Part shown: piece by piece, positions 12,347-25,475 of the stretch
Layout: each line of letters begins with the position of its first letter
How positions within the stretch are numbered: the first letter of the stretch is position 1
NCBI RefSeq assembly: GCF_902713615.1
Contig: NC_052154.1
Location: forward strand, 15,811,784-15,875,783
Direction of reading: 5' to 3'
Origin: Scyliorhinus canicula
Lineage: Eukaryota
Length of the DNA stretch: 64,000 nucleotides
Program-made: the position numbers and the translations under genes
Notes under the pieces: generated by a model
The model's database searches: none
Seen by the model: the letters and a program-made list of their open reading frames with translations, nothing else
Told to the model about the DNA's origin: nothing

Positions 12347-12467
12347 CTGGGAAGAGGTAGATGTGGGGAAAAGAATTTGCGAAGGAACCTATGGTACGGT
12401 ATTGCGCAGTAAACCCACGATTTCTTCAAACAAAATTGAGGCCCTTAAGAAGGTTCGAACGGAGGAT
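12347..12467 (+). pseudogene. CDK10-like kinase N-lobe fragment
   Basis: LGRGR then, after a frameshift, RICEGTYGTVLRSKPTISSNKIEALKKVRTE vs CDK10 LGRCR...[30 protein letters not shown]; no later kinase subdomains. Confidence 0.6.
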
Positions 12468-13266
12468 GTGCGGCTGCTGGAGAAGACGGAGCACTGCCTT
12501 CAGTCTGAAAAGACAGATGACAGTCTGTTCTTCATTGATACAGGAGACGTAAAGAATGTCCGGCTCCAAAAATAAAGGAAAATTGAAACCTCTGCAAACT
12601 GACCTAATTCTACAGGTGTTGAATGACCTGAGAAATACCTTCCTGAACAATGTGCAGCGTGTGCAAACTTCACAATTCACATGGGTTTTTAAAAAATAAA
12701 GCAAGCTGAGACTTTATTCTATTTTGATTCTTTTTTTATTATTAATAAAACTTCAAAACATTTGATTCAGGCCAATCTCTGCCAAGCCTAGTTTCGGTCC
12801 TTGGGCCTGCTTGAGCTATCGGGTGTCAGTCGTAGGAACGCTAATTGGCATCAATCGCCTTGGCTTTGCTAGGAGGGGGAAAATAGCCGTAATTCCCACT
12901 AGTCAACGACCTTAATCAAGTGATGTAACATTACAGTTGCAGCAATGAATCGGGTAATCCTGTCTAGATTGCCATAACCGGTAACCAAACCCGTTAAAGA
13001 CTAAAGTCGGGTGAAAGAATGCAACATTTTCATCCAAATCAAAAGCAGAAAATGCTGGATAACCTCAGCAGGTCTGACAGCGTCTATGGAGAGAGAACGG
13101 AGCTAACGTTTGGAGTCTGGACGACTCTTTGTGAAAGCTGGAGAGAACGGGAAATAAGGTCAGATTTAGGCGGTAATGGAGAGGGGGGGGGGTGGCGTGG
13201 GAGGGGTGGCGTGGAGCGGAGGGGCTGGATAGGGGGCCAGCAACAGGTGGAGATTGACAAAGATGT

Positions 13267-13600
13267 CATAGAATTTACAGTGCAGAAGGAGGCTATTCGG
13301 CCCATCAAGTCTGCACCGGCCCTTGGAAAGAGTATTCTATCCAAGCCCACACACTTCCGCTCTATGCCTGTAACCCAGTAACTCCACCCAACCTTATTGA
13401 ACACTTAAGGGCAATTTATCATGGCCAATCCACCGAACCTGCACTTCTCTGGACTGTGGGAGGAAACCAGAGCACCCAGAGGAAACCCACGCAGACACAG
13501 GGAGAACGTGCAGACTCCGCACAAACAGTGACCCGAGAGGGGAATCGAACCTGGGACCCTGGGGCTGTGAAGCAACTGTGCAACCCACTGTGCTACCGGG
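13267..13600 (-). mobile_element. HE1/V-SINE
   Basis: Near full-length reverse copy of the family. Confidence 0.85.
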
Positions 13601-15161
13601 CATATTCCTCATGCAAATAAAAGTTCATTCACAGTAACTAGCTCCACTGTCTGCTGCTTGCCTGATCGCAACAATAGCACGCTTGAGGCTCAATGTTAAA
13701 TGGGCAGTTACGAGGGGGTGCCCCTTCATTTTCGAAAGTTTGATTTTTCAGCTTTCACCTGATTGGACATTTGGCGATTTGCACGGAGGACAGAGAAAAC
13801 TACATAAAAACGCAAGACCACGTATCTGAGCGAAGGCGAGACGCCAATAAATAGAGAGAGAGAGAGAGAGCGAGAGAGCGAGAGAGGCATTTCCGATAAT
13901 CCAGACAGCCACTGAAACACGTAACTGTCTCAAAGAAAGCATCAAAAATGTAAAGTTCTGGGAATTGAAACAATATTTGCCACAAACAGGTCCACCCAAA
14001 ACTTCTGGGAAATACACAAGGGGTGAAGTATTTCAAGGGAAGGCGGGCCTGCCAGTGGAGAAGATTGCAAGGGATGCAGGCAGTATCAAGAACACCAGCT
14101 TCCTCTGTTGAAGACTCTCTGGAATAAAAGCTTCATCCAGTTCAAGAAGCCAACTGCAGAAGCCTACCAGCGAACCAAGATCTTGCAATAATTGCAACAT
14201 GGAATCCCCAAAATCCCCACCGTGCAGAAGTCTTTATTGTGATCAAATGGGGGAGGTTGAATAAATGGGAGCCAGTTCCCCCCCTCTCTCAGCTCACACC
14301 CTTCCTAAATAGAGCAAGTATCCTCCACCAGAAACTCATCCTGTGTGGCTCACACTTTCCAAAAAAAACCTGAACTACCATTTTAGCTGCCAGAGCCAAA
14401 AAGGGGTTCATGGTGAAGATGCATCATAAAATTGTTACGGTTCAAAAAGGGAGCCATTCGGCCCACCGTGTCTGCACAGGCTCACGAGCTTTATGACTCC
14501 GTGCCATTCCCCTGCCCTTTACCCCCTACCCCTGCACATTGCCTTCCAATGTCCTCTTCAATGCCTCGATTGAACCAGCCTCCCACCACACTTCCAGGGC
14601 AGCGCATTCCAGACTCGACCCACGCGTCTTGTGGAAAGGTTTTTTTCCCTCCTCACATCACATTTGCAAATCACTTTAAACCCGTGCCCCCTCATTCTCG
14701 AACCTTTCGCGAGTGGGGAATTATTGAGGCGGAGGTTCCGTTGAATGCAAGAAAAGAAATAAGCTGCAAACTAAATACAGAAGATTGGAGGATTTGATAA
14801 GTTCTCGGGGCAATTAGGAATGGGCAAGAAATTCTGGCCTTTGCCACTGACAAGGACAATTGCGGGGGGGGGGGGGGGGGGGGGTGGTGTTGGAAGTGAT
14901 CTTACTATTGGAAATCTATTATCACTGCTCATTCTCCCTTACTGTTCAGACAGGAGTTCATTTGAGAATTAAAATTAACTATGAGATGATTTTTGTTAAG
15001 CAGGGGCAGTAAGGGACAGAAATTAGACAGTTTTTGGATACAACCTTCAGGGACTGAATGGCCACTTGCTGTTCCTACAATCTCCATACTGTGGTGTAAA
15101 TATTGCACTGGTCTAGTTTGCAAAATAGATTTTTGTTTAAAATAAAAAATAAAAGGCGAAT

Positions 15162-15167
15162 TTTATT
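15162..15167 (-). terminator. Probable CMC2 polyadenylation signal (AATAAA)
   Basis: tttatt on + strand about 475 nt downstream of the CMC2 stop. Confidence 0.5.
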
Positions 15168-15640
15168 CTTGTTGAAATCTCCAAAACTGTTCCCTTTTAA
15201 AACTGTCAAATCTTCAGCCAACCATGATGATCACCATCAGCGCAGAGTTACTCAAATTTCAGTATCAAATTTCAAGATCTCAATTCCACTGCAACACACT
15301 GAATGGCCAGCAGGTGTCGGTATAAGAATGCTCCATGACCAAGCTGTGGTTCAGTCTGGTTTCCAGAACCCACTTCTGGCTTAAGAGAACACATTCCATC
15401 GGAGCAGAACAAAACATGCAGGGGTTTAAAACATCACGGGTTTGGTAACAATCCATTTAACAGATGGCAAACCAGAGTATAAATATTGAACATTAGAAAA
15501 TATTCACCCATGAAGAAATGCAAAGAGCAAAAAAAAAAAAACTGGCATCGAGTTTTGTAAATGTCCAGACTGCCTCAGCCAGGTTTGAGAGATAGGCTCA
15601 CAGCCCCGGTGAGTCTGGGTGCACTGCCTGGTAGAGGAGG

Positions 15641-15715
15641 TTACTCGGATGAAGAATTCAATCGGCGTTGCATCCTGTCTGCGTGTTCCCTGCTTTTAGC
15701 TCTCTTAGTTTTCAA
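15641..15715 (-). CDS. CMC2: CMC2 last coding exon (LKTKRAKSREHADRMQRRLNSSSE*)
   Basis: AG acceptor at 15716-15717 (ttgtccaacag), TAA at 15641-15643, phase 0; resembles human CMC2 C-terminus (NRTKSREHGIAMRKKL). Confidence 0.95.
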   Translation of the reverse strand: MKTKRAKSREHADRMQRRLNSSSE

Positions 15716-16428
15716 CTGTTGGACAAGGGGGGAAACAAGAGCAAACTTTAGGAGGTTTAAACAGGGTAAACGGGATGGATCCAGTAACCGAGATACTCAT
15801 GCAGGGGTGGTGGCGTAGTCACTGGACTAATAATTCAGAGACCCGGGGAAAATCCATCTGATTTGCTGCAAGGGAAATTGTCAGCCAGTTCTTACCTGGT
15901 CTGGCCTACATGTGACTCTTTATCCAAATGGCCCAGCAAACCACTCAGTTCAAGGGCCAGTTTAAAAAGGGACCTCGTAGCGGTCAGAAATCAGTCCGAA
16001 CTCCACTGCATCTATTGCTGTTTGGAGCTCGCCACCTCCTCCACTCGTTTCCTGCAGTATGGGACGCCCCAATGGATGCGGCTGAACAACAGCGCTCTGC
16101 GAGACGGCAGGGCAGACAAAACAACAGATACGCCCACCGTATAATATAGGCAAACAAAAGTATGTTTCCTGGGGTGTAACCTGTTTTGATATAGGTTTGT
16201 AATAAAGTACATAAATGTATAGGCAAACAAGCAAAGTTGCAGTTTGCAGGTGCTGTCAAGAGAGGGAGCTTTCCATCTACAGACCATGGGGCAAGGCAGA
16301 AGCAGGAATAACATTTCTTTCCAGGGGTGCCTGAAAGAGGGCTACTGTGTTGGAAGGGGGGGGGGGAAACCAAAGTGGTGCCAACAACAACCAAACAGCA
16401 AAACCTACAACTTTTAAGACCACCTTAC

Positions 16429-16500
16429 CTCCATTTCTAAGCAACGTCTCATCTCTCGATCAAGATCATTACATTTTCCCAGAAACTTCAGGAACGTGTG
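16429..16500 (-). CDS. CMC2: CMC2 middle coding exon (HTFLKFLGKCNDLDREMRRCLEME)
   Basis: ttgtcaacag acceptor, gtaagg donor, 72 nt, second CX9C motif; matches human [24 protein letters not shown]. Confidence 0.96.
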
Positions 16501-17162
16501 CTGTTGACAAAGTGAGAAGATACGCAGCCAGTTACAGCATTGGTCACACTAGCAAGCGGTGACAAGCAAATTAACTTTTCCGGATTACTGCAGTCAATGC
16601 CACCACATGACCTGTCACAGGATATTGACAATGTTAAAAATGGGGCTCAAAATCTAAGTGGATGCTTTTGAACGAGATCTGTAGAATCCCTGCAGTGCAG
16701 AAGGAGGCCGTTCGGCCCATCGAGTCTGCACCGACCCTCCGAAAGAGCGCCCTACCCAGGCCCGCTGCCCCTCTCTATCCCCATATTCACACGCATTGAT
16801 CATGGCCAATCCACCTAACCTGCACATTCCTTTGGACTGTGGGAGGCTCCGGGTCACTGTCCGTGTGGAGTTTGCACATTCTCCCCATGTCTGTGTGGGT
16901 CTCACTCCTACAACCCAAGATGATGTGCAGGGCAGCTGGATTGGTCATGCTAAGTTGCCCCTCCATTCGAAAAAAAAATTGGATACTCTAAAATTTATAT
17001 TTTAAGAAACGAAATAAGAGTATAATGCAGGGAAGGGCAAAGTTATTCACTTTGATTGTAAGAATTGAAAAGCTGCATTTCTTTCTAAGAAGGTGGGAAA
17101 TTTAAGATTTTTAGAGACTCGAGCATGCTCATACGAGAAGTGCAGAAAGCTAGCATGCATCT

Positions 17163-17450
17163 GGCAGCACAGTGGTTAGCACTGTTCCTCAGTGCCAGGA
17201 CCCTGGTTTAATTCCCAGCTTGGGTCACTGTCTGTGAGGAGTCTCCCAGTGTCTGCGTGGGTTTCCTCTGGGTGCTCCGGTTTCCTCCAACAAATCCCGA
17301 AAGACATGCTTGTTAGGTGAATTGGACGTTCTGAATTCTCCCTCAGTGTACCCGAACAGGCGCCGGAATGTGGTGACTTGGGGATTTTCACAGCAACTTC
17401 ATTGCAGTGTAAACGTAAGCCTACTTATGACACTAATAAAGATTATTATT
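17163..17450 (+). mobile_element. V-SINE variant with (ATT)n tail; also 2400-2625, 23655-23952, 26576-26821, 28620-28743, 55068-55335
   Basis: HE1 head and core joined to the tail cagtaacttcattgcag...aataaagattattatt. Confidence 0.8.
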
Positions 17451-17622
17451 AAGTACAGCCAGCAATTAGGAAGGCAAATGGCATATTGGCCTTTACTGCA
17501 AGGGGGTTTGGGAGGACAGTAATTAAGAAGTCTTGCTGCAAATGTAGAGAGTTTTGGTGATATCGCATCTGGGATACTACGTGCCGTTTTAGTCTCCACA
17601 TTGCATGGGAGGTGATAGAAAA

Positions 17623-17960
17623 GGGAGATGGCGGCACAGTGGTATCGTCACCGGACTAGTTAACCAGAGACCCAGAGTAATGCTCTGGGGACCCAGGTTC
17701 AAATCCCGCCACGGCAGATGGTGAAATTTCAATTCAATAAAAATATGGAAGTCTAATAATGACCATGAAACCTTTGCCGATTGTCATAAAACCCATCTGG
17801 TTCACTAACATCCTTTAGAGAAGGAAATCTGTCCTACATGCGACTCCACACCCACAGCAATGTGGGTGACTCTTAACTGCCTCCTCAAGGGCAATTACGG
17901 ATGGGCAATAAATGCTGGCACAGCCAATGGCGCCCATGTCTCAAGAACGAATTAAAAAAG
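17623..17960 (+). mobile_element. tRNA-derived SINE with CR1-like tail; relatives at ~15800-15960, 18575-19110, 32990-33260 (-), 46015-46285
   Basis: A/B boxes (ggttcaaatccc) and shared body gaccatgaaacc...ggcaataaatgctggc. Confidence 0.75.
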
Positions 17961-19499
17961 CAAAAGTTCACCGTATAGGTCCCTGGGTCGAGGGGTTTGT
18001 GCTCCGATAAGAGGCTGAGCAACCCGGGTCCCTATTCTCTGGGGTATAGAGAGGTGATTTCATCGAAACATCCAAGATTCTCAAGGGGCTCGACAGGGTA
18101 CACGCTGGGAGATTGTTTCCATTTCCCGCTGGTCAGAAAATCTAAAACACGGGGTCAGTGTCGGAGGACTGCGAGGAGGAGAAAAGTTTTCATTTTTTTA
18201 AAAAAGGTTGTGGATCTTTGGAATTCTCCCCCCCCCCAGCTGGTCATGGATACTCCATTGCTGAATGAGAGCACCCGGGTGTGCTATAAACAACCGTCTG
18301 AACAAGAGCGAGACAACTGAATCAAACTCCACCACCTATGTGCCGGTCCAACGCTAGGGACTTCCAGATCTCATGATGCTGTCCCCGTTACTTCTCTCTG
18401 ATCACCGCAGGGCTCGTGTGTGTGTGTGTGGGAGGGAAAAGAGGGTTGGTTTCCTCTAGGTTGACACGGAGGACAGGACATCTTTTAACGTGGATATGCC
18501 ATTGCACATCAGCAGAGACATGGTCTTCGACAGGCTTTAGGTTCAGTTCCAGTGGAGACAGAACCATAGTGGTGATCTCAATGGAGCGGTAATCTAGAGG
18601 CCCAGGCTAAATCTTCTGAGGACACAAATTCAAATCCCACCATGTCAGCTGATTAATACTTTGAAAATTAGAAGCTAGTCCTAGTAATGGCACATGTATC
18701 TATCACTGATGATTGGAAAACCGTATCTGGTTCACCAATACCCTTTTAGGGTAAGGGATCTGCTATCCTTACCCAGTCTGGTCTACATGTGACGACAGAC
18801 CCACTGCAATTTCTTTTTCTTTTTCACTGCACCTTCACAACTCCGCTCCTTGTTACCCTTTGGGGAATAGTGAGAGAAGAAGTGGTGGAAGGATCCCCCA
18901 GCTGATTATCAACATGTTCCAAATGCTCTTTCACCCTCAACAATATGTTTGACTCTTAAATGCCCCTCGGAGATGGCCTAACAAGCTACTCATTTGTACC
19001 AACTATCTCCACATGTCAAATGGAGTGAAGTGGTTCAAGAAGGCAGTTCACCACCACCTTCTCAAAGACAATAAATGCTAGACTTGCCAATGGCACCCAC
19101 ATCTTAAAAAGAAGTAAAATTCTGAACAGGACCTCAACTGTCACAGGATGTCTTTTTAAGCAGAGATATGATGTCTCTAAAATAAAAACAAAAATAACCA
19201 GCAGAGTAAAAATATAAAATCAATTTGGCCAAGTGTCTTTTCAGCACACCGCTGATATAACATCGCTGAAACAAAAAGACATTTCGCCTGCAACAGTAAA
19301 GGAACAATAATTTATACAGCATGAGAAGAGTGCTGATTAGTTGGCGAGTGGGCTCAGATTGGTAACGGCGTTGTCACAGTGAATGCGGCAGAGGACAATT
19401 AACTGTTGACCGCCAAGTTTTTTTTTGTTTCAAGTTCAAGCCAGGCATGTCGATCAATTGGGGATCAAACCAGGGAATGGCTGCTCCCCAAGGTGTAAT

Positions 19500-20643
19500 G
19501 GAAAGGCAAGGTCTCTCAAATGTTTGAGCAACAGGTGAAGCTGGCCATTTCACACTGTTACAATGCAACGCAAGTGGTATTTCTCCGCTAACAGTATGCC
19601 ACCGCCAAGCCAAAAGACATTCTGCCCATCATACAATTGTGTAATGCGGTGTATGAATTTCAGTGCCAGTGTGATGTATGTAGGTATGTGCAACGTACGT
19701 CCCAAAGACTGGCAGATCGCATCCAAAGACTGGAAGATCGCATCAAACAGTGCAGCCCTTTGGCTGCTCGCAACGGGTAAACTATAGACCGTTCCCAACC
19801 AGCCCATGCTTGTAAAAACTCAAGTTTCCAACATGGTGCTAAGAATTACACTGAAAACCAATTTAAAATTGTCAGGCTCACAGCTGGTAGCCACATGTAC
19901 TTGAAGGTCCTGAAGATTTCTGCTGCTCTTGCACCCGCAATGGTCAGCAGAAGCTTTAATTTCTCTGCATCCGCCACGCCATCGAGGTCAGACGCTATCA
20001 GGTAGATCTCGAATCTCTGCCTGAATGCACGCCAGTTTGCACTGAGATTGTCATGGTACCTGAGCTGCTATGGAACCGGAATCTCGAACATCTTGCCTGG
20101 GTGCTGTTGCTGGCAGTCACGGATTTGTTGAGTTGAACTATAGGGATTCAACAGGTCAGTTACCTAACTGGTACCATGTTGTGTTATGCTTCTTCACGTA
20201 GCATAAGCTGCTTCCTTGATGTATACTCCGACAAAGGAAGGTTCAGACTTGGAGATAGGTTGAACACATTTATTGAACAGTTAACAATTCACCTACATGG
20301 GTTCAACTCTACTGCTGATCTTACTATAGTAACTCAATCTAACTAACCAGTCTGCTCCAATCCATGCGGTGGGTGCGATACTCTGATCTGCCCCCGTCTC
20401 TCCGAGTGTCGCCCATGGAAAGAGAAAGAGCATGTGTGCCATGTCCTTTTATATGGGTAGCCCCCTTGTGGTAGTGTCACGTCTGGGTGTGTCTTTACTG
20501 CCCATTGGTCGTGTCCTATCTTACTGACCTATTGGTTGAACGTCTGTGTGTCATGATGTCTCTGGTGCTCCCTCTAGTGTTTACCTAGTTGCAGTGTACC
20601 TACATTAACCCTTTGTGTATTTACAGTGATGCATATCACCACA
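19500..20643 (-). mobile_element. Truncated Gypsy LTR retrotransposon: 5' LTR 20177-20643, PBS 20168-20176, decayed gag
   Basis: TG...CA LTR with TATAAAA and AATAAA, PBS TGGTACCAG, gag NLSANWRAFRQRFEIYLIASDL...KLLLTIAG. Confidence 0.85.
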
Positions 20644-21818
20644 CTGGAAGCCGCATGTATACACAGACAGTGCCCTGCCCTTTGTAGACAGAAGGAGATG
20701 TCCACATATTACACCTTTTACAAATGAATATAAGCTTGGGAAACAGCCATTCCCTGGCTCATCACCAATGGCAATGCCTTGGCCAATCAGTCGATAAGCC
20801 TGGTTTGAATTTGAAACAAAAAGCTTGGTGGTCAATAGTTAATTGTTCTCTGCTGCATTCACCATGCCAATCAGAGTCCACTTGCCAACTAATTGGCACA
20901 CATTTCACACAGAATAAATTGTTGTTTCATCTTGCAAGCCTCTGTTTTCAGCAATACTCGAATTCTGCACACCAAACAACTATTTATTAACACAATAAAT
21001 AAAATAATCGAGCACAAAAAAAAAACATTTATTTTTATTCCTGTTACAATTATACGCTGGCTAAGGATAGTTGACAGGTTACAAGATGGGAAATGATGAT
21101 TTAAGCATTTGTTGACCCAATGATTTATTGGTCTAGGGAGGTATAAAGGAATCGCTTTAGCAGAAATCATCCAGTGTAAAAGCACACAGCCTGCTCTGTG
21201 GGAACAGGGAAATAAAACACAAGAGGCACAGAAAGATAGAGGGAGTCTGTGCAGCACAGTGGTTAGCACTTCTGCCTCACAGCGCCAGGGACACGGGTTC
21301 AATACCGGCCTTGTGTGACTGTCCGTGTGGCGTTTGTACGCTATCCCTAAAATACAACCACTGTACCAATAAGGATAAATCACTTTGAATCAATCAATTT
21401 GGAACTGGAGAACAAGGAGCTAAAGGGTTAATTGACGCCCGGGATCCCGATTTTCTAACACTGTTGCCCATGGAAGTCCAGGGTCAGGCTGCAGTTTCAG
21501 TACACGGTCATTTCTGAATCAGCCAACAACAACACAATCGTTTCCCAAGGAACCAATGTCTCGTGAATAAATCAACTGTGCTACTTTACTTCACTTGGTC
21601 AAGCAAAAGATGTCTGTCCAATTATCCCAACGTTACACTGCAAGTGCCACCACACAGAACGTCTGTGTGATCACTAGAAAAACTAAATTAGCAACAGTAA
21701 AATGCCTGGAATTAACTTTCCCAAAAAAAAGGGAATCAGCAATGGTGCCAAGGAATTCACTAAAATACACAAAACAACATTTCAGAAAGGAAAGTGCTCC
21801 ATTTTAATTCATACTTAC

Positions 21819-21899
21819 TTCTCGATGACACTGTTGGAGACGCTCAATGATAATGTTGCATTCCTTCGAATGCAAATGCGGAGATAGGTCCGGGTGCAT
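21819..21899 (-). CDS. CMC2: CMC2 first coding exon ([27 protein letters not shown]); COX assembly mitochondrial protein 2
   Basis: ATG at 21899, diagnostic [11 protein letters not shown]-terminus, first CX9C, gtaagt donor at 21818; probable acceptor at 21941-21942. Confidence 0.97.
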
Positions 21900-22369
21900 G
21901 TTTGGTTATGATTTATTCTTTGCCAACTCGGAAGTCGATCCTTAATACAGACACCCAGGATTTTTAAAAAATCGACTCTGAAAGTCAGATTTATATGTAC
22001 AGGTCAGCGCACACTTCCATAATCACTAACTTCTACATTATCAGCAAAACGCCTCCTATTTACACCAACTCAAGCAAATACTACTAGGTGAGGCAAGACT
22101 GGATGGTGACTGAATGAATTTCAGTTGTTCTTAATGAAAATAAATCATCCCACACAGAGTATTCTCCGCTGGTTTCAACTTTGGGCAGTTATTATAATGT
22201 TTGATATTTTTAATTTCTTACACTTCCTGTCAAGCTTCAAGGTGTTTCTCCAGCTTGTTGTGGGCCATGTCACAAGGAGTCTGCCAGTAGCATAATTATT
22301 TAGATAGAGAATTATAGAATAGTCTCAGCACAGAAGAAGGAGGCCACACTTCGTGCAACCATTAATTCC

Positions 22370-22730
22370 AAATGAGAATTTTGAATTTATACGGCATCTT
22401 TCACAACCTTCGGATGCCAAAATGCACTCGACAGCCAAAGAACTACTTCTGTAACACGGCCATCGACAGTACTGTAGTAAATGGAGCAGTTAAGCTATCA
22501 CACAGCAACGTGATGCTGAGCTGGTAACCTGTTTTAGTGCAGCTGATATAGAGACAGGGATAGGCAGGGACTCCTCTGCTCTTTGAAATAGTGTTGTTGG
22601 ACCTTAGACATCGACCTGAAAAGAGAAGACGACAAAGGCCTCGGTTTAAGGTTACCTCAAAAGGAACGACGCCCCTGGCACAGCAGCACACCCTGGGTAG
22701 GGGAGCTGGGAGTCTCCGCTTAGATCACGG
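22370..22730 (-). mobile_element. SacSINE1/DeuSINE-like SINE; relatives ~2680-2770, 29915-30150, 32190-32660, 36195-36330, 43075-43210, 59550-60075
   Basis: ctgctctttgaaatagtg...ggcctcggtttaa core recurs across copies. Confidence 0.6.
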
Positions 22731-23964
22731 GCAAAGGGTATCACTCATTTCATCAACACAACATTAGGTGAAATTGGCTGAATCAGTTCACAAGGCAGAG
22801 AAATTTTAAACACAAGTTACCCCAATTTCTGCAAACTATAAAGCTAATATAAAAACCAGTTCGAAATAATGAGGATGGCCAGTTTCCACTAATTGTGTCC
22901 CATCAAGGAGTCTCTTCACATGGAGGTCAGAACAACCACTAGACATTGAAAGGTTTTTCATTTAAACAAAAGTACAACAATATTACCAGGTGTATACCTA
23001 GAAAATATAACACGCACTGAACCAATTTCAAGGTTTGAAAGTCAGGTTACTCACAGGTGACCGATCGATTTGACACTTATCACAGAAAAAATTGAATAAG
23101 CCCATTTTGCTAAAGCTACAACACTAGCATCTGTCAGACAACATAGAAAATTACCCAGGTGAACATAGAACATAGAGTGTAGAAGGAGGCCATTCGGCCC
23201 ATCGAGTCTGCACAGACCCACTTAAACCCTCACTTTCACCCTATCCCTGTAACCCAATAACCCCTCTTAACCTTTTTTGATCACTAAGGGCAATTTATCA
23301 TGACCAATCCACCTAACCTGCACGTCTTTGGACTGTGGGAGGAAACCGGAGCACCCGGGAGGAAACCCACGCAGACACGGGGAGGGGGAAACGTGCAGCC
23401 TCCGCGCAGACAGTGACACAGCGGAGAATCGAACCTGGGACCCTGGCGCTGTGAAGCTACAGTGCTGCCCAGATGCGTGTCCTGCTAAAATAAAAATAGA
23501 ACAAATCCAATCCAGCCAATATTATTGCCCGATCAGTCTCCTGGAAGTCATCATCAAAATAACACAGTCATTGACAACGTTTTAGACCAAATACGGTCAA
23601 AGGAGCTGAATTGCAGAGACAAGAGTGTAACTATTCTGGACATAAAGGAGACATTTTAATCTTTGTCACAAGTAGGCTTATATTAACACTGAAATTAAGT
23701 TGCTGTGAAAATCCCCTAGTCGTTATGCTCCGGCACCTGTTCGGGTACACAGAGGGAGAATTCAGAATGTCCAATTCACCTTACAGCACGTCTTTCGGGA
23801 CTTGTGGGAGGAAACCGGAGCACCCGGAGGAAACCCACGCAGACACGGGGAGAACGTGCAGACTCCGCACAGACAGTGACCCAGCGGGGAATCGAACTTG
23901 GGGCACTGGCGCTGTGAATCAACAGTGCTACCCACTGTGCTACCGTGCTGCCCTACCTTTGACC

Positions 23965-25475
23965 AAGTGTGGCATTTAGGAGCCCTAGCAAAGTCAATGG
24001 TAAACAGGACGAAAGCTTTCCATTGGTCGGTGTCATACCAAGCACAAAGGGGATGGTTGAGTTTGTTGGAAGTCAATCATCTCAGTTCCAGGGCATCACT
24101 GCAGAGTTTATGAATCATCTTGAGCTGCTCAACGACCTCCCTTCATCAGACAGGTCATAAGTGGGGATTAAGCAGTGCTGATTGATTAGTTTTCAGCACC
24201 ATTGGTAACTCCTCAGATACTGGAGCAGTCATGCTCGCATGCAGCAAGATCTGGGCAACATTGAAGCTTGGGCTGATAAATGGCAAGGATCATTCACATA
24301 ACACAAGTGCCAGGCAATGACCATCTCCAAACATTTTCCTTCGACATTCAATGGCATTACTGTCACTGAATTTCCTGTGATCAATATCCTGAAAGGGGGG
24401 GGGGGGGGGGGGGTAAAATTGACCAGGAACTGAAATGGAACAGCCACGTAAATAATATTGTAGATACAAGAGCAGGTCAGAGGCTGGGGATTCTGTGGAG
24501 TGGAACCTCACCTTCTGATGCCCCAAAGCCTGTCCAGCATCTACACGTCGCAAGTGATGAAATACTCTGCACTTGCCTGGGTGCGCACTCCCAATACGCA
24601 AAACGTTTGGCACTTGATCGGCACCCTATCCACCACTTTAAATACTCACTCTGTCCACCATGCCCCAATTCATAGCAGCAGCTGCGTGTACCATCCACAA
24701 CGGTGATGGGCAGCCTAGACGAGTGAGTGGGCCGCATGAGTGGCCTGCCTTCATCTCAGTGGGCCACAAGATTGAAATCAGGGCCGTTGACTAACCATGA
24801 CCTCATGAATAAGATTCAAAAATGTCATAAAAAAACTTATGGAAAATGTTTAATTATTCATATAATAGCAGAACCATCAACTTCAAATGGTCAAAGCAAA
24901 ATAAATATTTACACTTTGGACACAGAGGGAGCGCAAGGCTCTCACAGTCTACGTTGTGGGCAATCGGCAGGCATCTCACTTGTTCTTGCTTTATGCCCGA
25001 ATCACTTCAGACACACCAGTAGGAAAAAGAATTACAGACGGAAATCAGCAGAATGCAGCAACCCCACGTGTGGGCAAGTCAACAAAATGCCGCATGGGTT
25101 GCTCTCAGAAACCAGGTGGGCTGCATGTGGACCCCAGGTCGCAGGTGGACCCTGGGCCGCAGGTTGCCCATCACTGACCGACAAGATGATTTGCAATAAC
25201 TCACCAAGACTACTTGGACTGTCAAATCCACAAGCTCTACCACAGTGGAGGACAAGGGCAGCAGATGCATGGGAACGCTACCACCTCCAAACTCCCTTCT
25301 AAGTCACACACCATTCTGACTTGGAAACATATCGCCGTTCCTTCATGGCCACCGGGACAAAAATCCTGGAGCTCCCTCCCCAACAGCACTGTGGGTGCAC
25401 CCATGCCATATGAGCTGCAACAGTTCAAGGCAGCAGCTCACCACCACCTTCTCAAGGGCACGTGCGGATGGGTAA
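23965..25475 (+). mobile_element. CR1-type LINE 3' region (RT end and tail)
   Basis: MQQDLGNIEAWADKWQ motif; tail gcagctcaccaccaccttctcaagggca. Confidence 0.7.
24701..25176. mobile_element. hAT-type MITE; second inverted copy 41840-42576
   Basis: TIR cggtgatgggcagcct / aggttgcccatcactg, 8-bp TSD atccacaa/accgacaa; second copy TSD cttagact/ctttaact. Confidence 0.75.

Noticed and set aside
12132-12575. Functional protein kinase gene
   Set aside because: Only subdomains I-II, first Gly of the loop is Cys, no HRD/DFG exons found.
13700-14200. Possible LTR or promoter around the (AG)n tract
   Set aside because: No termini, TSD or second copy could be defined.
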